Source: a virus
Lineage: Duplodnaviria > Caudoviricetes
Length of the DNA stretch: 64,000 nt
Reading direction: 5' to 3' (one strand)
Virus record (IMG/VR): IMGVR_UViG_3300020576_006344
Location: 30,646 to 94,645 of that record
Shown one piece after another: positions 47,920 through 57,416 of the stretch. The notes under the pieces were generated by a model, which had not been told where the DNA came from, made no database searches, and was given only the letters and a program-made list of their open reading frames with translations. The translations under genes were made by a program, and so were the position numbers. The number at the start of each line of letters is the position of its first letter. The stretch's first letter is position 1.

Positions 47920-48097
47920 AAGATTCGGGATTGTGACGATAAATAGCGTTCACGGTCTATGGACCTATCATGTCATGAAAATATGCAATACAGCACTCTT
48001 GTCTGCTATTTACCATAGCCCGTGATGCACTTCAAAGTTAGTGCGGACGAAGGTCAAATCGGGTTTTTGGGTGTATTTATTTGAAACTCAGGTCAGC

Positions 48098-48466
48098 ATG
48101 ATCAAGAAAATCAGTCCAAGGCTTGTTGAGGAAGCCATCATGGCGGAAGCCAAGGCCATCAAGCGTAAGAAAGAGATCTTCAGCGAACTGAAGAAGTTCG
48201 AAGAGGAACTCTCCGCACTCAACGAGGTCGGTATGGTCGGATCCTTCGGGTTCGAAGCGCCGGGCGACAGAAGCAGCGTAACGAAGACGGGATTCGTCGG
48301 CACTCAGGAACTATCATACGTCAAGCAATTGATGGATGAGTTCCAAGAAGAGGCCAAGACAGATGAGAACATCGATGCCGAGGCAACCAAGGCATTGAAG
48401 GAAGAGAACGAGAGCTTGAAGACCGAGCTTGAGGCACTGAAGAAGAAGCTTACTCCAGCCGCCTAA
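48098..48466 (+). CDS. Hypothetical acidic/coiled-coil protein, probably head-associated
   Basis: Start at ATG 48098 after TATTTA 48074. Confidence 0.72.
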   Translation: MIKKISPRLVEEAIMAEAKAIKRKKEIFSELKKFEEELSALNEVGMVGSFGFEAPGDRSSVTKTGFVGTQELSYVKQLMDEFQEEAKTDENIDAEATKALKEENESLKTELEALKKKLTPAA

Positions 48467-48483
48467 CCAACAACAAGACCATC

Positions 48484-49230
48484 ATGACAAACAAGAAGAA
48501 CATCATCAAGATATCCGACATTGATCGCATGATCATGGAGGAGATCACGCGTCTGAAGAAGATAGACGAGATCACCTCACGACTTGCCGTTGTGACCGAA
48601 GAGTTGAGCAGGCTCAAGGAAGAAGAGGGTATCGAGGAAGTATCCGTTGGCGGAACACGCAACGGAGATGAGTGGTACGAGAAGGGTGTACCCGTGGCCA
48701 AATTCGAGAAGAAGGGCTCACACCTCAAAGAAGAAGACCCCATCGATGGTGCTGAAGAATTGCCATCCGATGACATGGGCGGAGCGGATATCGGAGGTGA
48801 CATGGGTGATGAGACGATCGAAGTCGGTGACGACATGGAGGTCGGAGCGCCCGAGACGTTCGAGGAAAAGCTTGCCGCTGTAGGTCGCGAACTTGACATG
48901 AAGCTCGCCGGTGCTGGCGCCGTGGGAGATACATCAGACGAAATGATGGACGCTCCCTCAGAGGAAACTCCTGCTGAGGAAGAGCCTGAGATCGAAGCCG
49001 GTGATGCTGGCGAAGAAAAGGAAAAGGATTCCGATGAGATCGAGATCGACGAGGTTGACGCCTCGATGGATACCGATGAGACCGAGGAGTGTGACACCAC
49101 TATGGAGGAATCCAAGGAAGAGGTCGCTCCCATCAACGAATCCGTTGATCGCTTGGGACGCAAGGCGAACCCCATCCTTGAGAAGGAACTGAAGAGGGCA
49201 CAATATCTCGCTGGCCTCTCAGAGGAGTAA
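48484..49230 (+). CDS. Highly acidic putative internal head/core protein
   Basis: N-terminal IKISDIDRMIMEEI; C-terminal KRAQYLAGL resembles the scaffold terminus. Confidence 0.72.
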   Translation: MTNKKNIIKISDIDRMIMEEITRLKKIDEITSRLAVVTEELSRLKEEEGIEEVSVGGTRNGDEWYEKGVPVAKFEKKGSHLKEEDPIDGAEELPSDDMGGADIGGDMGDETIEVGDDMEVGAPETFEEKLAAVGRELDMKLAGAGAVGDTSDEMMDAPSEETPAEEEPEIEAGDAGEEKEKDSDEIEIDEVDASMDTDETEECDTTMEESKEEVAPINESVDRLGRKANPILEKELKRAQYLAGLSEE

Positions 49231-49252
49231 GCCAGAAACGAACGATAAAGAA

Positions 49253-49276
49253 GAAGGGGGCCCATGGGCCCCCTTC
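49253..49276. terminator. GC-rich hairpin between convergent genes
   Basis: GAAGGGGGCCC-AT-GGGCCCCCTTC. Confidence 0.7.
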
Positions 49277-49297
49277 GTCGTTCTATAGGAATGTTGT

Positions 49298-49453
49298 TCA
49301 GTCCAGCAATTCCTTGCCGTCCTCGGTGTACACACGCTGGTCCTTCCGCTCGATGATGTCGTTCTTCTTTTTGGTGATGACCTTCTTGGGGTCGATCGAC
49401 TCAGCAGGAGGAGCAGCGGGTTGGTTGGGATTGATCAAGCCGTCTTGGTTCAT
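49298..49453 (-). CDS. Small hypothetical protein (51 aa)
   Basis: MNQDG...IIERKDQRVYTEDGKELLD; TATTTA 16 nt upstream. Confidence 0.65.
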   Translation of the reverse strand: MNQDGLINPNQPAAPPAESIDPKKVITKKKNDIIERKDQRVYTEDGKELLD

Positions 49454-49498
49454 GGTACGATATTTCACATAAATACCTGCCATTTCCCGAAACAGGAA

Positions 49499-51358
49499 TC
49501 ACTTCTTGTAGCACTTCATGAGCGCGATGAGAATGTCGCTGCGTACGATGTCATCCTCTGTGAATTCGAAGAAGTCCACGCCGGGCACTCCTTTGAACCG
49601 CGTGAAGGCATCACTGAGACCATGCTGATCATTGCCTCGCAACATAAGGTCAGACTGGTCGCTGTCACCGATAATGATCATCTTGGAACCTTGTCCTATG
49701 CGGGACAGGAACAGCTTCATAGCTATCATGGTGGTGTTCTGGGCTTCATCCAGAATGGATATGGACCTGCGGAACGTGTTGCCCCTTATGTAGGGCAGGG
49801 GCACCGACTCGATGATCCCGTTGGCGATGAAGTCACGTGTGGCCACCTTGCCGATCAACTCCTGTATGTTGTCGATGAACGACTTCATGTAGGGGTCCGT
49901 CTTTTCCTCTATCCCACCGGGCAGGAATCCGATGGACTCGCCCGCCTCAACGATGGGCTTGGTGAGCATGATCTTGTTGATGCCAGCGGTATTGTCCTTG
50001 AGCACCTCCAGTGCCGCCTTGAGCGCCATGAACGTGTTGTGTGTCACAATGAAATCCCTAGTCAGATAAAGCGATGAAGGATGGTCAACCATTATACATT
50101 GAGCCTCCTTTTCGCCAATCAACGTTACGTTCGATATGAACTTTCTGTAATAGTGCTTCTTTGCGTGATAACGAGAAGACTTTCGCGAGAGCTTGAACGG
50201 TTTTATTTCATCACTGTAAAAGTTGATGGTTACGATGTATGACGACTCTCCTTCCACAACATCGCCATTCTTGTTTCTGTATTTTGGAACCTTAGTTGTA
50301 GTGCAGGCAATACCTCCGAGTGATCGCACTAAAGTGCTTATTCCATTGGCCAATTTGATTGATGTGGACGAGAAAGAAGAGACACCGTTCTTGTCACATG
50401 TTCCATCAGAATCCATCAATCCTTGCAACAATAACTGCCTGTTATACACGTTATTGTACAGATAATCATCCGGAATAAACTTGTCCTTTGAGCCACATCC
50501 GTTCAATCCATATTCGACTATTGCATTGCGTATGTAGTTTCTACCGTGCGCACCACTTTTCTTTCCTGTTGACAATGCGTAGTCGCAGCCTTCTTTATGC
50601 TTAAGACTAACACCAGAATGAAGAGTGGACTGTACTGATTCTAGGATTTCGTCATCAATTGTCGACAGCGTCACTCCTCCGTATTTGATACAACCATCAC
50701 CTAAAAGAATACCCATGGTGTATGGGTCAATTGGTACATTACGCTTACTGAATTCAACTGGATCGCAAAGAGGAATAGAGTGATTCAATCGACCATCATG
50801 CCCATATAAAGTCCGCATGATATCCGTGGTGCTTTTAACCGTAGCTGGTCTTGGACTCGGGTAGGCAATGCCGTTCTTCTTCTTTCTTGCGCTTCTGTCC
50901 AGTTCTGTTTGAGTTGACCACAAATGTTCAGCACAGCATTCAGTGTGTGTTCCGTCAGAAAAGTCAACACGGTATATCGGCTTGACTCCCTGAGGAAATA
51001 CGCCGATGATCTTCGTGGCCGTACCATCTACAGATATTACTTCATCACCCACATTGAGAGACCCCATTGGCACAAAGCCTTGTGGAGTGAGAATCGGCTC
51101 CTCAAGAGGTTGAGCCTTGCCCGTACCCGCTGCGCCTTTTACGAACACTATCTGGTTCGCGTGTATGGACTTCACGAGATCCTTCTGTTTGGAGTTCTTG
51201 TACTTGATCTCCTTGTTGATGGAGATGCGGTTGATGATGTCAGCTTTGAAGTCGTCCTCCTTCTGTTCGGCTGATCTGACGATGTTATCAAGTTGCTCAT
51301 CCTCAAACTGCTGCTTGACTGACCGCTTTTCCTTCGCTCGGCTTCTATGTTTCGACAT
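49499..51358 (-). CDS. phoH: PhoH-family ATPase interrupted by an intein
   Basis: GAAGTGK|T P-loop, TKPIVEAGESIGFLPG, YIRGNTF, LDEAQN, GDSDQSD, IVRS. Confidence 0.95.
   Translation of the reverse strand: MSKHRSRAKEKRSVKQQFEDEQLDNIVRSAEQKEDDFKADIINRISINKEIKYKNSKQKDLVKSIHANQIVFVKGAAGTGKAQPLEEPILTPQGFVPMGSLNVGDEVISVDGTATKIIGVFPQGVKPIYRVDFSDGTHTECCAEHLWSTQTELDRSARKKKNGIAYPSPRPATVKSTTDIMRTLYGHDGRLNHSIPLCDPVEFSKRNVPIDPYTMGILLGDGCIKYGGVTLSTIDDEILESVQSTLHSGVSLKHKEGCDYALSTGKKSGAHGRNYIRNAIVEYGLNGCGSKDKFIPDDYLYNNVYNRQLLLQGLMDSDGTCDKNGVSSFSSTSIKLANGISTLVRSLGGIACTTTKVPKYRNKNGDVVEGESSYIVTINFYSDEIKPFKLSRKSSRYHAKKHYYRKFISNVTLIGEKEAQCIMVDHPSSLYLTRDFIVTHNTFMALKAALEVLKDNTAGINKIMLTKPIVEAGESIGFLPGGIEEKTDPYMKSFIDNIQELIGKVATRDFIANGIIESVPLPYIRGNTFRRSISILDEAQNTTMIAMKLFLSRIGQGSKMIIIGDSDQSDLMLRGNDQHGLSDAFTRFKGVPGVDFFEFTEDDIVRSDILIALMKCYKK
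50036..51115 (-). mobile_element. 360-aa class 3 intein with LAGLIDADG endonuclease in the PhoH P-loop
   Basis: Starts AQPL (Ala1); block B EHLW; block F AQCI; ends VTHN/T; endonuclease motifs GILLGDG and LQGLMDSDG. Confidence 0.9.
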
Positions 51359-51378
51359 TCGATGATCCCTGTTGCATC

Positions 51379-51415
51379 TAAATATGGGATACTCCATGAC
51401 AAAACGGTCTATTTA
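51379..51415. promoter_or_regulatory. Divergent pair of TATTTA putative late promoters
   Basis: TAAATA 51379-51384 and TATTTA 51410-51415. Confidence 0.65.
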
Positions 51416-51429
51416 TTGAAAAGTCCGGA

Positions 51430-52389
51430 ATGAAGATCAGCGACGACCAACTAGGCACCATCATTGCCGATCAGATACGCAAGAGTGGTTTGAACGACAT
51501 CTTCGATGATTCCGTCATGGAGTCCATCAAGCAGAAACTGAAGGATGAATACAGGCGTATGAAGTCGCTTCCTGAGGAACTGATACCGGAGGGAGAGGCA
51601 CTTCCAGCGACCAACTCCTTTCCCTACGAGGAAGAGCAGGACACCATGATGACAACCCCTGTCGCCGTGGCTGTAGAACCAGCCTTGGAGGCTGGCGCTG
51701 AACCGACTGGTCAGGCATACCCGCCGAAGGTCTTCACCCCTGAACTACCGGATGTGCTCAGGAACGTAGAGGCGGAGAAACTGGTGGTGATGGAACTCAA
51801 CGACATCACCGAGAACGGCGAGAACCTCTCCAACAAGCCCTTCAGGTCAATGGACAACATTGATGAGAAAAGCAGCATGTTGGACCTTTGGAAGAGCAAA
51901 GGATGTTCAAAGGCTGAGGTCTACATCATCAAGTTCGAGAAGGCGGGGGATATAACCTTCGACTATGCCAATGGCACCTCTGTTTTCACCCCATCATCTC
52001 AAGTGGACCACGTGGATGTCTCCACCAGCGGAGAGTTCAAGGATAACCCTTACAAGGATGCCAATCCGAACGGACCCAGCAACAGCGTGGGGCCCAGCGC
52101 CTCGGAGATCGAGGCCTATGTCAAGAGCGCGGTGAACGTGGAGGATGTGGTCAAGAAGGTCACGATAGACCTGTTGGCCAAGGCCCATGATGAGAAAGTG
52201 GCTCAGGACGCCAAGGGAGACATGATGCTCAGTGAGCCATCTGGATTGCCAGCGCCTGTCTATGAGGCCTTTATGATGGGCAATAGCGTGAAAGACGTCA
52301 AGTTCCTCAGGAAGACCGGTGACTTCACCCACTATTCCTACAAGGACCAACATTACATCATCAGCGACAACTACCGTCCGTCACGCTGA
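51430..52389 (+). CDS. Hypothetical acidic protein, probably head-associated
   Basis: N-terminal MKISDDQLGTIIADQI motif. Confidence 0.72.
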   Translation: MKISDDQLGTIIADQIRKSGLNDIFDDSVMESIKQKLKDEYRRMKSLPEELIPEGEALPATNSFPYEEEQDTMMTTPVAVAVEPALEAGAEPTGQAYPPKVFTPELPDVLRNVEAEKLVVMELNDITENGENLSNKPFRSMDNIDEKSSMLDLWKSKGCSKAEVYIIKFEKAGDITFDYANGTSVFTPSSQVDHVDVSTSGEFKDNPYKDANPNGPSNSVGPSASEIEAYVKSAVNVEDVVKKVTIDLLAKAHDEKVAQDAKGDMMLSEPSGLPAPVYEAFMMGNSVKDVKFLRKTGDFTHYSYKDQHYIISDNYRPSR

Positions 52390-52421
52390 TTTGCATGGAA
52401 AGAGAGAAAACACTAAATTTG
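52390..52421 (+). promoter_or_regulatory. Canonical Bacteroidota sigma-A promoter TTTG-N20-TAAATTTG
   Basis: TTTG 52390-52393, TAAATTTG 52414-52421, ATG at 52429. Confidence 0.75.
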
Positions 52422-52428
52422 TAATCAT

Positions 52429-52716
52429 ATGAGCATGTACTGGAAAGTAACCAATCGACAGACTGTCCCCACGAAGGTCGCCGTAGCCACCGCCAGCAAT
52501 GGATCGGTAGGCGTCATCCTTCAACCGAACCAGTTCTGTCTCTGCACCACGCAGATGACCAAGATGTTGGACGCTCAGTCCAAGCGCGGATTCGTGTCCA
52601 TCGATCAGAACTATGACAATGAATATGGGTTCGAGACCGGCGTCGCCATAGACGAAGGGTTCATTCCGGAGTCTTACGCACAGAAGAGCGTCAAGGAGTT
52701 CAAGTCTGGAAACTGA
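52429..52716 (+). CDS. Hypothetical protein
   Basis: 95 aa ORF with its own promoter and terminator. Confidence 0.72.
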   Translation: MSMYWKVTNRQTVPTKVAVATASNGSVGVILQPNQFCLCTTQMTKMLDAQSKRGFVSIDQNYDNEYGFETGVAIDEGFIPESYAQKSVKEFKSGN

Positions 52717-52750
52717 TGTAGTTCGCGTCCCCTAGCGCGTTCTGCATTTC

Positions 52751-52782
52751 ATCGGGCCCTGAAAAGGGCCCGATTTGTTTTG
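52751..52782 (+). terminator. Intrinsic terminator
   Basis: ATCGGGCCCT-GAAA-AGGGCCCGAT followed by TTGTTTTG. Confidence 0.8.
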
Positions 52783-52810
52783 TGGTGGGTCCGGGTTTAT
52801 GTTTTCTGTG

Positions 52811-53581
52811 ATGCGACGTACGCAAGCACAGATACGCGGGGAAGAATTACTGTACCGTGTCCACGAGGTGGACGGGAGGTGGTGTGGAACTCGCCTATGT
52901 AAATCATGTCGCACTGAGGTAAATCAGACCGCGAAGGAGAAGTGCGTCCTCATTAGAAACATGAGGAGCACCTTGCAGTGCAAGCACTGTAGTCGAAAAG
53001 GTAAGAACAACGGATTCTTTGGGAAGAAGCACTCCACTACGTCCAAGGCAAAGGTGTCCAAAAACCGCATAGGTAAAGGCGTGGGTGAGAATAATTCCAT
53101 GGCCAAGGCGGAACACCGCGCTAAGGTGTCATCGCAACTGAAGAAGAAGTATGCCAGCGGCGACCTCGACTTCCTGAGAGAGATACAGCGTAAGAACGCG
53201 ACAGCGAATCAGGCTAACGGGAAACTGGCCACTGCGCCAGTGTCCAAGGAAGAGAAGCAGCTTAAGGCGGCGCTGGAGGCGCACGGACTGGTGGTGGAAT
53301 CGCAGTTCCGCATTGGGTCGCTCAAGTACGACCTCATGATACCCGACCGCAAAGTGATAGTGGAGTTCCATGACGACTACTGGCATTGCAATCCAAAGCA
53401 GTACGCGCCGGACTATGTTAACAAAAAGAAGTTACTGTATGCACATGAGATATGGGCACACGACGCACGCAAGAAGTCGGCTGCCGAGTCGGCAGGCTAC
53501 AGGGTCATCTGCGTGTGGGACTCAGAGTACAAGAAGAACAAGAACTACATAACAGAACTGATCGATGCAATCAAAGATTAA
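52811..53581 (+). mobile_element. Free-standing putative homing endonuclease (Zn finger + NUMOD3 + Vsr/DUF559-like nuclease)
   Basis: CKSC...CKHC, NGFFGKKHSTTSKAKVS, YDL...VEFHDDYWHCNP...HDARK...GYRVICVWDSE. Confidence 0.8.
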
Positions 53582-54905
53582 GGTATTATTTTGTCCTAGC
53601 GATCGTGCCGGAGTTGGGCACTTCAGGTCTATCTGGCCAGCACAACACCTCAAGCGCAATCACTCTGATGAGTTCGAGGTACACATTGATGCGAGCCCGA
53701 ACGTGGAGAACATCAATGAACTCGCCAAGTACGACATCATCCACTTCCACAGGATGCTCGGGCCGTACGAGACGTCCGAGAAGGTCTTCAAGGCATTGAA
53801 GGAGCGTGGCGTGACGTTGATCTTGGACATCGACGATTACTGGATGCCACCATCGACCCACCATCTTTACCCCATCATCGTGTCGGAGAAGATGGACAAG
53901 AAGATAGAGAACAACATTCGGTTGGCTGACATGATCACCTGCACCACCGACATCTTCGCCAACGAAATAAGGAAGATCAATCCCAACGTCAGCATCATTC
54001 CAAATGCGCTCAACATGGATGAGCAAATGTGGAGTTCCACGGCGGCTCCGGACCCACATGGACGCGTTCGTGTTTCATGGATAGGAGGGAGTTCTCACCT
54101 GCATGACCTGAAGAAGGTCAGCGACTCGATGGCCATGCTCTCCAACGACAATACGCTCAAAGGAAAGTTCCAGTTCATCATGTGCGGGTTCGATACGCGC
54201 GGGTCCATCACCGAGATAGATCAGAACAACAACAAGCGCGTGCGGGCCATCGAGAAGGATGAGACCGTATGGATCGATTTCGAGAAGATATTCACCAACA
54301 ACTACCAACTTGTCGATGACAAAGAGTACAGAGAGTGGCTACAGAAGATAGAGAACAAGGTCTATCCCGGCATGTACGACAAGAACTACGTTCGCAGGTG
54401 GACATTACCGCTGACCCAATACGGTAAGCACTACGACTACTGCGATGTATGCTTGGCGCCTCTCGCTGAGGTTTATGAGCATCGTGGACCTACGAACCCC
54501 AAGACGGGCGCTCCCGGTCCGATGTCCTACAAGGAGAACATGTTCAACAAGTGCAAGAGTGAACTGAAGATCATCGAGAGCGGCATGAAGAAGAAGGTGC
54601 TCATCGCTCAGGATTTCGGCATCTACCGGGAACTCATCGAGGATGGAGTCACTGGCATATTGGTGAACAAGGATGATGATCGCAAGGGTTGGTACAAGGC
54701 CATAAAATCCGTGATCAACAACGAGCAACTCCGGACCGACTTGGCCAACAACTTGCACGAGTTCGTCAAGGACAGGTACAACATCGGGGCGGTCAACCTT
54801 GGCCGGGTCGAATTCTACAAGTCTATCATGTCACAAAAGAGCGCGCCCGTGGACATCGACGACCAAGTGGACAAGTACATGGATGCCATCGAAGGAAAAG
54901 CCTGA
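53565..54905 (+). CDS. GT-B glycosyltransferase
   Basis: GVGHFR, LDIDDYW, IIPNA, WIGGSSH, LAPL, FNKCKSELKIIE. Confidence 0.85.
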   Translation: MQSKIKVLFCPSDRAGVGHFRSIWPAQHLKRNHSDEFEVHIDASPNVENINELAKYDIIHFHRMLGPYETSEKVFKALKERGVTLILDIDDYWMPPSTHHLYPIIVSEKMDKKIENNIRLADMITCTTDIFANEIRKINPNVSIIPNALNMDEQMWSSTAAPDPHGRVRVSWIGGSSHLHDLKKVSDSMAMLSNDNTLKGKFQFIMCGFDTRGSITEIDQNNNKRVRAIEKDETVWIDFEKIFTNNYQLVDDKEYREWLQKIENKVYPGMYDKNYVRRWTLPLTQYGKHYDYCDVCLAPLAEVYEHRGPTNPKTGAPGPMSYKENMFNKCKSELKIIESGMKKKVLIAQDFGIYRELIEDGVTGILVNKDDDRKGWYKAIKSVINNEQLRTDLANNLHEFVKDRYNIGAVNLGRVEFYKSIMSQKSAPVDIDDQVDKYMDAIEGKA

Positions 54906-54920
54906 TCGTCGGACACAACA

Positions 54921-54948
54921 AGAAGGGGGACTTACGGGTCCCCCTTCT
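54921..54948. terminator. Hairpin between convergent genes
   Basis: AGAAGGGGGAC-TTACGG-GTCCCCCTTCT. Confidence 0.75.
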
Positions 54949-54967
54949 CATTTCGCACCCAGCATTG

Positions 54968-57310
54968 TCAGACCTTGATGGTCTCCAGTTTGTCCTCGAT
55001 GATGAACTTGCGCTCTTCACCCTCGATCTCCAACAGCATTTCCTTGTCATCGCGGCCATCAAGATCACTGAACCATGATTTGCCTACGATGGTGGCGAAC
55101 TTCGTGCGCGAGATGTCGTTCATGAGCTTGGATTTCTCCTTGCGGATGTCGGCGCTGCGCGCGGTGAGCCACTTCTCGATGATCATCTTGCGGTCTTCAT
55201 CCTTCAGGCCATCATTGAGCTTCTCGAACGCCTTGAACTCCTTGATGGGTCCCTCCAACAGTTTCTCACGAGGGGTCAGGCCCATGCCCTTGTCCATCTT
55301 CGTCATGATGGCTTCGAAGTCCTTCTTTGTGTTGGGGATGGTCATCTTGTCGATCTTCACCTCCAAGGTGTTCACGAGCGCTTCCTCCGTGGATGGCTCA
55401 AGCGTGACACGCGGAGCGAACCCGTTCGGTGTGATGCCCAACTCCTTCAGCCACGCTGCGGCCTCCTCGCCATACTTGGCGGCGAAATCGATCGACACAT
55501 TGTCGAAATAAGCCTTCTTCAGGTGATTGAACACCGTGTTCCGCGCCTGTAGCTTCGCCAGTTTGAACTGGTTCTGGAACAACTCTTTGGCGCTCACTTG
55601 GCTCACCATCTTCTGGTTGATCACCGGAAGGGAAGAGAAGTCGAGGATGTACATCTTGCCTTCCTCGTAGGTCTCACCCTGCAAGAGGTCGTTCTTCTGG
55701 AGCTTGTCGAAGGTCGCCTTGTTGAGCGACACAGGCAGGCGGTAGGTGTTGATGATACCGTCCTTGATGATGGTGAAGTTCCTGAAGCGCTTCGTATCAA
55801 AGACTTTTGGCAACCCGAGAGTGTTGTCAGGAAGCTCCACGGTTCCCTCGAACAACACTTGGACCGACAGGTTGGCGCGCGAGTTGTTCCACACGAGGTT
55901 GTAGATGGGATGGCCCTTGGCCTTGTCCTTGTACTCGAACTTCAGCGCACTTGGTTCCTCAAGCTCTTGCAGCTTCTGGATGGCGCCAGCGGTGTTGTTC
56001 TTCTCGATAAGGAGCTTGATGGCGTCCTTGTCCTCCTTTGAGGCCTTCTTGCCCGCCAGTACGGCCTTGCGACCGATACGCTGGTAGGAAAAAGCCGGGT
56101 CCAATGGGTACCACAGGTTGTCCTCATGCTCCATCAGGTCATCAATCATGTCCATAACACAATAGGCGTCTTCCTTGGGCTCCAACTTCGGGTTGTAGCC
56201 CTCCACGAACATGGAGTTCGCGTCATTGGCGGCCTGTAAGAACTCCGCTTCCAACTCGTTGATCTTCTGGGTGCCGAAGGTGTTGGCCTTCTTGCGGATG
56301 AAATAGGCGTCACCAACCGTGCGCAGAATGTCGCTGATGGTGGCGTAGTCGCTTTTTCTGGAGAAGGCGAACATCGCCACGTATGCGCCTTGTACCAAGG
56401 CGATGTGCTCGGGGTCAGCGTTGCCTTGCTCTACCTCTTGGACGATGCGCGCCGCGCTTGTGCGCGACAGTCGCTCTGCGTCCTCGATGCCCTTGGACGC
56501 TACCGGGGTGTCCAGATAGAAGATGTCTCCGGCATCCACGTCGATGAAGGCGTTCCCGTCATCACCGACCTTGTAAACGATGGCAGCATCTCCACTACGG
56601 GCGAAGACGATGTCCCCGTGGACCTTGCCGAACTGGACCTTCTTGCGCTCCGAGCGAACACTTTGTTCGAACTGTTTCTTCAGGTAGGGCTCATAGTCCT
56701 GAAAATCCGAAGAGAACACGTGGACTCCACCGACTTCCATGCTCATGTCGCTGAGCAGTCTGCGGTTGCAGTAGTAGCCATATTCAACGATGGCAGCGCT
56801 CACCAATAGAGGCTTCAACTCGCTGATGGATGCGATGATCTCCTTCTCCGAGTACTGGTTGTCATGACCATCGGTGAGGAAGAAGAGCGAATGGACCAAG
56901 TCCTTGTTCTTCTCGCTCGTACGGGCGATGATCTTCTTGGCCTCCACGAGGGGGTCCTTGAAGGCTGTCAGCCCACGAGGGCGTAGCTCCCGCTCGATGA
57001 CATCACGCAGCTTGTTGAGGCTGGCGTCCGACTTCAACCGGAAATCCTCCACGAGCACACCGAATTCGCCCCGTGAGGAGAACCAGATGATGGTGACGGA
57101 GTCCTCGGGCTTCATGAGCGTCGAGATCTTGTTGTACAGGTCGGTCCTGATCTGACCAAGCTGATGGTACATCGACCCCGAACAATCAAGGATGAAGATG
57201 TGGTGGACCTGTTTGATCGGCTGGTCCACTTGGCTGACTTTGGTGTCAGCGGCCGTTGCTCTTACGAGGCGGTACTTTCCCAGATTTAGACTGGCTATCT
57301 CCTGTAACAT
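54968..57310 (-). CDS. Large vWA domain protein
   Basis: MIDAS ILDCSGSM, GLTAF, FLTDG; long unrecognised C-terminal region; TATATTTG at 57334-57341 upstream. Confidence 0.85.
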   Translation of the reverse strand: MLQEIASLNLGKYRLVRATAADTKVSQVDQPIKQVHHIFILDCSGSMYHQLGQIRTDLYNKISTLMKPEDSVTIIWFSSRGEFGVLVEDFRLKSDASLNKLRDVIERELRPRGLTAFKDPLVEAKKIIARTSEKNKDLVHSLFFLTDGHDNQYSEKEIIASISELKPLLVSAAIVEYGYYCNRRLLSDMSMEVGGVHVFSSDFQDYEPYLKKQFEQSVRSERKKVQFGKVHGDIVFARSGDAAIVYKVGDDGNAFIDVDAGDIFYLDTPVASKGIEDAERLSRTSAARIVQEVEQGNADPEHIALVQGAYVAMFAFSRKSDYATISDILRTVGDAYFIRKKANTFGTQKINELEAEFLQAANDANSMFVEGYNPKLEPKEDAYCVMDMIDDLMEHEDNLWYPLDPAFSYQRIGRKAVLAGKKASKEDKDAIKLLIEKNNTAGAIQKLQELEEPSALKFEYKDKAKGHPIYNLVWNNSRANLSVQVLFEGTVELPDNTLGLPKVFDTKRFRNFTIIKDGIINTYRLPVSLNKATFDKLQKNDLLQGETYEEGKMYILDFSSLPVINQKMVSQVSAKELFQNQFKLAKLQARNTVFNHLKKAYFDNVSIDFAAKYGEEAAAWLKELGITPNGFAPRVTLEPSTEEALVNTLEVKIDKMTIPNTKKDFEAIMTKMDKGMGLTPREKLLEGPIKEFKAFEKLNDGLKDEDRKMIIEKWLTARSADIRKEKSKLMNDISRTKFATIVGKSWFSDLDGRDDKEMLLEIEGEERKFIIEDKLETIKV

Positions 57311-57416
57311 AAGTGTAGGGTATTTGTGAGGTACAAATATAACACTTTACACTGACAAAACAGCATGTATGTAACCTGTTGAAAGCCTGTGCTATTTATG
57401 GGAAAGACGAGCACCA

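Noticed and set aside
48017-48065. Hammerhead ribozyme or tRNA
   Set aside because: Lacks the CUGANGA/GAAA core and the TTCRA T-loop cloverleaf; kept only as an unclassified structure.
52717-53581. Group I intron around the endonuclease
   Set aside because: Both flanking genes look complete and there is no room for a ribozyme core.
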